Shown here: piece by piece, positions 56,474-64,000 of the stretch
How the letters are laid out: each line of letters starts with the position of its first letter
Position numbering within the stretch: the first letter of the stretch is position 1
Assembly (NCBI GenBank): GCA_041650935.1
Contig: JBAZKH010000001.1
Location: 139,945 to 203,944, forward strand
Length of the DNA: 64,000 bases
Origin: Candidatus Omnitrophota bacterium
GTDB taxonomy: Bacteria > Omnitrophota > Gorgyraeia > 2-01-FULL-45-10
Direction: 5' to 3'
The notes under the pieces: generated by a model
Told to the model about the DNA's origin: nothing
The model's input: only the letters and a program-made list of their open reading frames with translations
Databases searched by the model: none
Translations under genes and position numbers: made by a program

Positions 56474-56713
56474 ATGGAAGTATCTCAGGATAAGATCAGA
56501 CAGATAATAGCGGACCAGCTTGGCGTTAAGAAAGAAGAAGTTACCGATAACGCGAAGTTTGTCGATGATTTAGGAGCGGATTCGCTCGATACGGTTGAGC
56601 TTGTCATGGCCCTGGAAGAAGAGTTCGGCATAGAGATACCGGACGAAGAGGCGGAGAAGCTCGTCACTGTCGGGGACGCTTTGAGGTATATTGAAGAGAA
56701 AGCCGGGAAATAA
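56474..56713 (+). CDS. acpP: acyl carrier protein
   Basis: [20 protein letters not shown] phosphopantetheine-attachment motif. Confidence 0.95.
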   Translation: MEVSQDKIRQIIADQLGVKKEEVTDNAKFVDDLGADSLDTVELVMALEEEFGIEIPDEEAEKLVTVGDALRYIEEKAGK

Positions 56714-56725
56714 ACCCGTATAATA

Positions 56726-57985
56726 ATGCAAAACAGACGACGAGTTGTAGTAACGGGTCTCGGCGCGATCTCTCCGATAGGTAACACGATTGACGAGTTC
56801 TGGAAATCTCTTCTTGAAGGCAAAAGCGGCGTAAAGCGCCTGACCTGTTTTGATCCCACTTATTTCACATCAAAGATCGCGGCAGAAGTAAGGAATTTCG
56901 ATCCATCCCCATATCTTTCCCCAAAAGAGATTAAGCGGATGGATCGATTTGTCCAATTTGCCGTATGTGCCGCCAAGATAGCGATGACAGATTCCGGTAT
57001 CCTGCTCGATAAAGAGGACAGGAATAAGGTCGGAGTCCTCATCGGTTCCGGTATAGGCGGTCTCCATACGGTCGAAGCCGAGCACAGGCAGTTTATTGCT
57101 CTCGGTCCCGAAAAGGGGCCGGACAGAATCTCCCCGTTTCTTATTCCAATGCTTATAGTTAATATGGCCGCGGGGCAGGTCTCTATTACGCTGGGCCTGA
57201 AAGGGCCGAATTCGGCGGTTGCTACCGCATGCGCCACTTCCAACCACGCGATCGGAGATGCTTTGCGGATAATCCAGCGCGGCGATGCCGAGGTCATGGT
57301 TTGCGGAGGTTCGGAAGCGGCAACTACACATATGGGTTTCGGCGGTTTTTGCGCGCTGAAGGCGCTATCCACGGCCTATAATGACCGGCCGGAAAAGGCC
57401 TCGCGCCCGTTCGATAAGAATAGGGATGGGTTTGTCATGGGCGAAGGGGCGGGTATTGTCGTATTAGAGGAAGCGGAGCGGGCCATAAAGCGCGGGGCCA
57501 GGATATACTGCGAGCTTGTCGGCTACGGCATGAGCGGCGACGCGTATCATATGACCGCCCCGGATCCGGAAGGTGATGGCGGTGTAAGGTGCATGAAGGC
57601 GGCCATAAAGGATGCGGGCCTGAAACCAAAAGATGTGGATTATATAAATGCGCATGGTACGTCTACCTTCTATAATGACAAGATAGAGACGCTGGCGATA
57701 AAGAAGGTGTTTGGTGACCATGCCAGGAAGCTCGCTATAAGCTCGACAAAATCCGTCATGGGACATCTCCTGGGCGCCGCGGGCGGCGTGGAGCTGATAG
57801 CTTCGGTTTTAGCTATAAAGGAAGGCATCGTACCTCCCACTATAAATTATGAGACCCCCGACCCCGAATGCGACCTCGATTACGTCCCGAATAAACCGCG
57901 TGCCGCAAAGATTAAAATAGCGATGTCGAATGCGCTGGGCTTTGGCGGCCATAATGCGGCGCTTATTGTCAGGAAATTTACATGA
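56726..57985 (+). CDS. fabF: 3-oxoacyl-[ACP] synthase II
   Basis: KAS II family: active-site Cys region [12 protein letters not shown] and His/His motifs. Confidence 0.9.
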   Translation: MQNRRRVVVTGLGAISPIGNTIDEFWKSLLEGKSGVKRLTCFDPTYFTSKIAAEVRNFDPSPYLSPKEIKRMDRFVQFAVCAAKIAMTDSGILLDKEDRNKVGVLIGSGIGGLHTVEAEHRQFIALGPEKGPDRISPFLIPMLIVNMAAGQVSITLGLKGPNSAVATACATSNHAIGDALRIIQRGDAEVMVCGGSEAATTHMGFGGFCALKALSTAYNDRPEKASRPFDKNRDGFVMGEGAGIVVLEEAERAIKRGARIYCELVGYGMSGDAYHMTAPDPEGDGGVRCMKAAIKDAGLKPKDVDYINAHGTSTFYNDKIETLAIKKVFGDHARKLAISSTKSVMGHLLGAAGGVELIASVLAIKEGIVPPTINYETPDPECDLDYVPNKPRAAKIKIAMSNALGFGGHNAALIVRKFT

Positions 57986-58090
57986 TTAGTGGATGGTGAA
58001 TAGCGTAGGGTGGATAGGTAAGCAAGGCCGCAGTTTTTATTTTCCTATATACCATTCACTATACACTAAAGTCAGTCAAAGGAGATTATC
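57986..58090 (+). repeat. heptamer-repeat palindromic element (copy G6)
   Basis: TAGTGGATGGTGAATAGCGTAGGGTGGATAGG...GCAGTTTTTATTTTCCTATATACCATTCACTATACACTA. Confidence 0.65.
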
Positions 58091-59248
58091 ATGGACTACC
58101 TGCTTACCGAACAACAGATAATGATACGTGACCTTGCGCGCAAGATCGCGCGGGAGAAGATAAAGCCGATAGCCGCAAAATACGACGAGACGGAGGAGTT
58201 CGCCTGGGAGATAGTCAAGGTCCTTTCGGACAGCGATCTCTTCGGCATATATATACCGGAACAGTACGGCGGCCTGGGCGGCGGCGTCATGGATATGTGC
58301 CTTGTCGCCGAAGAACTTTCGAAGGCATGCGGCGGTATTGCGCTGGGGTTCGCCGCGACCGCGCTAGGCACATTCCCTATATTGCTTTACGGAAGCGAGG
58401 AACAGAAGAAGAAGTACCTGCCGGATATAGCCAAAGGCAAGAAGCTCGCTTCTTTCTGCATAACCGAAGCCGAGGCAGGCTCGGATGCCGGCTCCATCAA
58501 GACGACGGCTAAAAAAGACGGAGATCACTATATCCTGAACGGCACCAAACAGTGGATAACGAACGCCGGTGAGGCGGAGATCTATACGGTTATAGCGATG
58601 ACCGATAAGACAAAAGGCGCGCGCGGGGCAAGCGCATTTATAGTGGAGAAGGGTATGAAGGGTGTCGATTTCGGTAAGAAAGAGAAGAAGCTCGGTATCC
58701 GGGCTTCGGCTACCCGCGAAGTCATATTTACCGATTGCAGGGTCCCTAAAGAAAATATCATTTCTAAAGAAGGTATGGGTTTTATCGTCGCAATGAAGAC
58801 ATTCGACAATTCACGCCCCGGAGTCGCCGCGCAGGCGCTTGGGATAGCGCAGGGCGCGATCGACCATGCTATCGAATACGCAAGGTCGCGGGTCCAGTTT
58901 GGGCAGCCGATATCGAGTTTCCAGGCTATCCAGCATATGCTCGCCGATATGGCTACGCAGACCGAAGCGGCGCGCGCGCTCGTTTATGCGACTGCCAGGA
59001 TGGTAGACTCCGGCGCCAAGAGCGTTGCCAAGGAATCGGCTATGGCGAAGATGTTCGCATCCGACGTTGCGATGAAGGTTACGGTCGACGCGATCCAGAT
59101 ATTCGGCGGATACGGATATATGAGAGATTACCCGATAGAAAAGTATATGCGCGACGCGAAGATCACCCAGATATACGAAGGAACGAACCAGATCCAGCGC
59201 AATGTAATTGCGCTCAGCCTGATCAAAGAGAGCATAAAAAGTGGATAG
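58091..59248 (+). CDS. acyl-CoA dehydrogenase (short-chain/butyryl-CoA DH-like)
   Basis: ACAD family with all three domains. Catalytic-base region YEGTNQIQ. Confidence 0.85.
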   Translation: MDYLLTEQQIMIRDLARKIAREKIKPIAAKYDETEEFAWEIVKVLSDSDLFGIYIPEQYGGLGGGVMDMCLVAEELSKACGGIALGFAATALGTFPILLYGSEEQKKKYLPDIAKGKKLASFCITEAEAGSDAGSIKTTAKKDGDHYILNGTKQWITNAGEAEIYTVIAMTDKTKGARGASAFIVEKGMKGVDFGKKEKKLGIRASATREVIFTDCRVPKENIISKEGMGFIVAMKTFDNSRPGVAAQALGIAQGAIDHAIEYARSRVQFGQPISSFQAIQHMLADMATQTEAARALVYATARMVDSGAKSVAKESAMAKMFASDVAMKVTVDAIQIFGGYGYMRDYPIEKYMRDAKITQIYEGTNQIQRNVIALSLIKESIKSG

Positions 59249-59312
59249 TGAATAGTGGCTAGTAAGTCCGACCGATTTTTTCCTATTCACTATCCACTAT
59301 TCACTAAACCGA
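59241..59312 (+). repeat. heptamer-repeat palindromic element (copy G7), perfect 18-bp inverted repeat
   Basis: AGTGAATAGTGGATAGTG... and ...CACTATCCACTATTCACT. The 5' arm supplies the last codons and stop of the acd gene. Confidence 0.75.
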
Positions 59313-59319
59313 GTCTAAG

Positions 59320-60102
59320 ATGAATATTATCGTCTGCATAAAACAGGTCCCGAATACCACCGACGTCAAGATCGATCCCGTTACGAATACACTTATCCGC
59401 GATGGCGTCGAGAGCGTCATAAATCCGTTCGATAGCTACGCTATCGAGGAGGGCGTACGCCTGAAAGAGCGGTTTGGCGGTAAGGTTACGGTGATATCGA
59501 TGGGTCCGCCGCAAGCCGAGACGGCCCTCAAAGAGGCGATCTCCCTGGGCTGTGACGAGGCGATACTTGTCAGCGACAGGAAGTTTGCCGGCTCCGATAC
59601 GTGGGCGACGAGCTACACGCTATCGGCCGCGATCAGAAAAATAGGCCTGTTCGACGTTATAATATGCGGCAAGCAGGCTTCCGACGGTGATACGGCACAG
59701 GTCGGACCGGGCATATCGACCCATCTCGACATACCGCAGGTTACTTATGTAAAGAAGATAGAAGAGATATCCGGCAACAAGGCAAAAGTGGAACGCATGA
59801 CCGAGGAAGGCTATGACGTCGTCGAGGCGCCGCTGCCGTGCCTATTTACGGTCGTAAAAGAGATCAATACTCCGCGAATCCCGTCGCTAAAAGGGATGAT
59901 GAAGGCAAAATCCGCCAAGGTTATCAAGTGGACGGCAGAGGACATCAAGGCCGATCCCAAATCGTTAGGGCTCGACGGCTCTCCTACGCGCGTGGTCAAG
60001 ATATTTACCCCGCCCGCCAGAAAGGGCGGAGAGATATTGAAGGGCGATACCCCTGACATAGCCAGGGAATTGGTGGAACTTTTGAAGGATATAGTAATCT
60101 AG
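59320..60102 (+). CDS. etfB: electron transfer flavoprotein beta subunit
   Basis: MNIIVCIKQVPNTTDVKIDP is the EtfB N-terminus. Confidence 0.9.
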   Translation: MNIIVCIKQVPNTTDVKIDPVTNTLIRDGVESVINPFDSYAIEEGVRLKERFGGKVTVISMGPPQAETALKEAISLGCDEAILVSDRKFAGSDTWATSYTLSAAIRKIGLFDVIICGKQASDGDTAQVGPGISTHLDIPQVTYVKKIEEISGNKAKVERMTEEGYDVVEAPLPCLFTVVKEINTPRIPSLKGMMKAKSAKVIKWTAEDIKADPKSLGLDGSPTRVVKIFTPPARKGGEILKGDTPDIARELVELLKDIVI

Positions 60103-60152
60103 CAGCTGGTAACTGACAACTAGCAGCTAAACTGTTGCTGGACGGTTAAAAT

Positions 60153-61364
60153 ATGGCAAGCTCTATACAGATACTGCTCGATAAATGCACCGGTTGTACG
60201 CTATGCGTGAAAGCGTGCCCGTTCGGCGCGATCCACATTGCGAACAAAAAAGCCGTTATAGACATGGCGAAGTGCAACTTATGCGGCGCGTGCGTACCGG
60301 TTTGCAAATTCAAGGCGATCAAACTCAATAAAGAAGCCGCCGCGAAGCGGGATCTTTCCGCTTACAAGGATGTCTGGGTATTCTGCGAGCAGAAGAAGGG
60401 CGTTATCCAGACGATTTCGTTCGAACTTCTCGGAGAAGGCAAGAAGCTCGCCAAAAAACTGGGTGTGAAACTCTGCGCGGTAATACTGGGCCACGATATC
60501 GAATCTAAGGTCGAAGAGCTCGCCCACCGCGGCGCGGATAAAGTATACATAGTCGACGCGCCGGAACTTAAATCCTACCAGGACGATTCCTATACGAAGG
60601 TTCTCGTCGAATTAGTGAAAGAATATAAGCCCGAAGTCTTGCTTTGCGGCGCTACGACCATAGGCAGGAGCCTTGTCTCGCGTGTCGCGGTAAAGATAGA
60701 CGCAGGATTGACCGCCGACTGCACCGGGCTCGATATAGACGAAAAAGATAGATTACTCCTCCAGACGCGGCCCGCATTCGGCGGCAACATCATGGCTACG
60801 ATCATTACACCGAACCACAGGCCGCAGATGTCGACTGTCCGGCACAAGGTAATGAAAGAAGCGGATATCCACAAGGGCCACAAGGCAGAAGCCATACGCA
60901 AGAAATACCCGGCCGAAGTTTTGAAGTCCCGGACGACGCTTCTGGATATAGTAGAAGAGATAGAAGAGACTGTTAACCTTGCCGAAGCCGACATTATCGT
61001 TTCAGGCGGCAGGGGAGTGGGCGGGCCTGAGAATTTCAGCCTTATAAAGGAGCTTGCCAAAGTGCTTGGAGGCGCTGTGGGCGCTTCGCGCGCAACTGTC
61101 GATGCCGGCTGGATACCGTATTCGCACCAGGTCGGGCAGACAGGGAAGACAGTCTGCCCTAAGCTCTACATAGCCTGCGGCATAAGCGGTCAGATACAGC
61201 ATCTGATCGGTATGCAGTCGTCAAAAGTCATAGTAGCCATCAATAAAGATCCCGATGCCCCTATCTTCAAAGTCGCCACGTATGGTATAGTCGGCGACCT
61301 TTTCGATGTAGTCCCCGCACTCACCAAAGAATTTAGGAAGATACTGGAAAAAGTTAAGCTATAA
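60153..61364 (+). CDS. etfA: electron transfer flavoprotein alpha subunit with N-terminal 2x[4Fe-4S] ferredoxin domain
   Basis: CTGCTLCVKACP and CNLCGACVPVC clusters, followed by the EtfA FAD-binding domain. Confidence 0.85.
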   Translation: MASSIQILLDKCTGCTLCVKACPFGAIHIANKKAVIDMAKCNLCGACVPVCKFKAIKLNKEAAAKRDLSAYKDVWVFCEQKKGVIQTISFELLGEGKKLAKKLGVKLCAVILGHDIESKVEELAHRGADKVYIVDAPELKSYQDDSYTKVLVELVKEYKPEVLLCGATTIGRSLVSRVAVKIDAGLTADCTGLDIDEKDRLLLQTRPAFGGNIMATIITPNHRPQMSTVRHKVMKEADIHKGHKAEAIRKKYPAEVLKSRTTLLDIVEEIEETVNLAEADIIVSGGRGVGGPENFSLIKELAKVLGGAVGASRATVDAGWIPYSHQVGQTGKTVCPKLYIACGISGQIQHLIGMQSSKVIVAINKDPDAPIFKVATYGIVGDLFDVVPALTKEFRKILEKVKL

Positions 61365-61524
61365 AAAAGCTTGATTTCTAGCCTTGTCGATATCGATGCT
61401 ATAGTGTAAACTTATATTGTAGACGCTAGGAATAAATATACTTGCCAGAACGCAACCATTCCGGCGAGTATATTTTTTCGACTGTTATTAAAAAGATTTA
61501 AGAACCTGAGGATACTATTAGTTA

Positions 61525-64000
61525 TGTCAGACGCTAGAGCTAATGGTTATATCCGGATTATCATGCGAAGGCCATTTAAAGCAATGACTTCTGTCATCGC
61601 TTTGATGGCCTTTGTCTTTAATACGCTATACTATGATATTGCCTGGGCTGATAGAACGCCCTCAGTGCTTACTAGCGTCGGCACTGATCCAAGAGCTGTC
61701 AGTCCTGTCAGTCCGGGCACTTTTAAAGAGTTGAACGTAAAGACCTTCAACCTCCCGCAGTCGCTTGGGACTATCAAAGACTCCTGGAGCCCTGCGCCAT
61801 CCACCCTTCGACGCGGCCCATCGGCAAACTATGGCCTTGCTCAGGATGAATTACGACCTTCGGTCGTAGTTCATATCCAGGACGCTCACTGCAATTACTA
61901 TGCCCAGCACACGATCACCGCGATACTCGAATATCTTACGAAAGAATACGGTATAAGTACGATAAATCTCGAGGGCGGCACGGCCGAATACGACCTCGAT
62001 GCGTTCACAAGGATAAAGGATAAGGAAGTGCGGGAGCGTGTTGCCGACTTTTTTGTCAAAGAGGGTGTCGTAAGCGGCGCCGAGTACTTTGCCCTGAATA
62101 ACCCGGATAAGGCGCAGTTATGGGGTGTCGAAGACGAGGGATTGTATATCGACAATCTCAAAGTCTACCGCGATTCGCTAAGTTATAAGGACAACGCCGA
62201 CAAGCTCCTTAAAAATTTGAGCTATCTCCTGACGAATCTTAAGATGAAGATATATTCCAAAGCGCTTCTCGAGCTCGACCTGAAGTATAACCAGTACAAG
62301 TCCGGCAGTATAGAATTTAAGGACTATATTAGTTACCTGGTTGCCAATGCAAAAGATAAGCTGATAGATATAAAGGCGTATCCCAACATCTTCCTGCTGA
62401 ACCAGGTCCTGAAACAGGAGGGTGATATAGACTTCGCAAAAGCCAATACCGAGCAGGATCTTTTTATAAATAAGATCGGGAAGCGGCTTTCCAAAAACAG
62501 CCTCAAAGAACTGGTCGCCAGGACCGTAGATTTCAGGGCGGATAAGATATCGCAAGTCGAATTCTACCGCTACCTTGTAAATAAGGCAAAAGACGCGGAT
62601 ATAACGGTAGAAAATTTCCCGGAGCTGGAAAAGTATATCGTCTATATATCTTCATACGCCGCTATCGACAAGTCTAAAATAATCGCCGAAACCGGCAGTC
62701 TCGAGGACAGTATCCGCGATTCTCTCTTCCGCAATGACAAGGAGCGGGAGCTCGACAGGCTGTCGAGGAACCTGGCGATCCTCAAGAATATATTCAATAT
62801 CTCGCTGACGAGGGCCGATTACCAATACTACAAAAATAACACGGGCGACTTTGCCATGAAGAATTACATCTCCTTTATCAGCCGCGAAGCGCCGCTCTGC
62901 AACATCAACGCAAAGACCGACGACGGTATTGCTAGGCTCGATGGGTATCGCGCGGATATTTTGAAGTTCTACGAATATTCTTTTAAACGCGACATCGCGT
63001 TTATGAGGAATATCAAATTTACGAAAGACGAACGACGAAAGACGAACGACGCGCGCCAGGTATCAATAGTCATTACCGGCGGTTTCCACACCGAAAACCT
63101 GTGCGAACTTTTTAAAAAGAATAAGATCGCCTATGTCTCTATAATCCCGAATTTCAAGCCGGGCGAAGGTTACGAGTGCCCGTATTACGGCCTCCTGGCA
63201 GGTAAACAGAATATCCTGGATGCGCGGATTAGCACTATGCTGGGCTCTGCACTTGCCGTGGCGAGCATCTTGAACAGACTGGGCATCAAAGTGGAAGGGC
63301 AGGCGGCCAGGCATATTTTAGATATCCGGATTGCGCTGGAAACGGCTGTCCAGGCGAACGGCGGCCGGATCGCGCTCTTCAACGCTAATGAGACTATAGT
63401 GATAGATGCGGACCTGAAGGTGCTTGATGAAGATGCCGGCGGTCTGCCGCGCGTAAACGCCGCGGATATCCTTAAGCCCTTTATAGCTGTACCGATGTCC
63501 GCCGTGCCTACGCTTACCGGGAGCCTTGACCGCGCCGGTGTTGTGTATGACGCTAAGAATAACCGGTGGGATTGGTCCGGGGTTAAGCCTGACGCGGATT
63601 GGGTGATGGACGAGATGCACGAGATGGAGATAAAACCTATCGTCGAGACGCTGGATGAGATGCCGCCGGCCGGTCTTATATCGTCACTTGATGATATGAA
63701 GGCCTTGCCGGTACTTTCTACCAGAGGTCGCGCGGATTTGCGCCTGAACATGATCGATATAGCGGGACGACAGGTTCCCTGCGTAGTCAAAATCCTCAAG
63801 AAGACGGATGCCGTGGAAAGGGAATATATTGCGGCGCAGATATACGAACGCCTTGGCATAGGGCCGCGTCTCTACGGTATTGTTAAGGATGCGAGCGGGA
63901 AGGCGGTAGGATACGCGATGGAAGTTGTCATCGGCGAATCGGTGATAGGTACAAAGCTCCAGGAAAGGCTGGGCAAAAACTTTGTCGTAGTTTTTAAAGA
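61525..64000 (+). CDS. large membrane-anchored protein, partial (more than 825 aa; 3' end beyond window); ChaN/TraB/Tiki-like signature and C-terminal protein-kinase-like region
   Basis: Frame 1 is open from ATG 61525 to the window end with no stop. Missing from the supplied ORF track because it is incomplete. N-terminal hydrophobic anchor SVIALMAFVFNTLYY. ...VVVHIQDAHCNYYAQHTITAILEYL... and ...IVITGGFHTENL... resemble the GTxH/GxxH superfamily. C-terminal ...VVKILKK...EREYIAAQIYERLGIGPRLYG...GYAMEVVIGESV resembles a kinase N-lobe. Confidence 0.7.

Overview
This 64-kb window is a compact stretch of bacterial chromosome in which every called gene lies on the + strand. The taxon cannot be determined from sequence alone. 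The content is typical of a streamlined, probably uncultivated Gram-negative-type lineage.

The housekeeping and biosynthesis content is: pgk(3' end)-tpiA-secG; an Opp/Dpp-like ABC peptide transporter (SBP, two permeases, two ATPases) with an overlapping endonuclease III gene; a GNAT acetyltransferase followed by leuC-leuD-leuB; asd; truA; a HAD hydrolase; and rplM-rpsI. An arginine operon argC-argJ-argB-argD-argF-argG-argH runs without a break into a DapL-pathway lysine operon lysA-dapF-dapA-dapB-dapL. After that come folK-panC-nadA-nadX(L-aspartate dehydrogenase), a TtcA-like PP-loop ATPase, uvrA, a large TPR protein, tolQ/tolR-like genes, cutA, tRNA-Ala(CGC), rsmE, a MiaB/MtaB-family methylthiotransferase, fabG-acpP-fabF, and an acyl-CoA dehydrogenase with a bifurcating-type EtfB/EtfA (EtfA carries an N-terminal 2x[4Fe-4S] ferredoxin domain).

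The outstanding feature is one uninterrupted 10,158-nt ORF (13671..23828, 3385 aa). It has its own near-consensus sigma70 promoter and a strong Shine-Dalgarno sequence. It encodes a signal-peptide-bearing giant multidomain protein containing two paralogous membrane-spanning modules, an array of roughly 7 HEAT-like repeats, a DUF218/YdcF-like domain, several winged-helix-like segments and large unrecognisable regions.

Five other items stand out. (1) A second large ORF (61525 to the window end, more than 825 aa, no stop) is absent from the supplied ORF track. It has an N-terminal membrane anchor, a ChaN/TraB/Tiki-like signature and a C-terminal protein-kinase-like fold. (2) There is a secreted fusion of Memo-like and AMMECR1 domains. 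(3) A 3.5-copy tandem array of a ~68-bp repeat sits upstream of two tiny ORFs, one of them a DUF2582-like wHTH. (4) Short intergenic palindromic repeats are unusually dense: an AT-rich ~100-bp family (5 copies), a 'GTGAATAGTGGATAGTG' family (at least 7 copies), and GTTTAAAC-centred hairpins. Several copies donate the stop codon and last residues of the upstream gene. (5) A hairpin motif is shared between the 5' leader of the giant gene and a 37-bp tandem duplication at the start of the transporter SBP gene.
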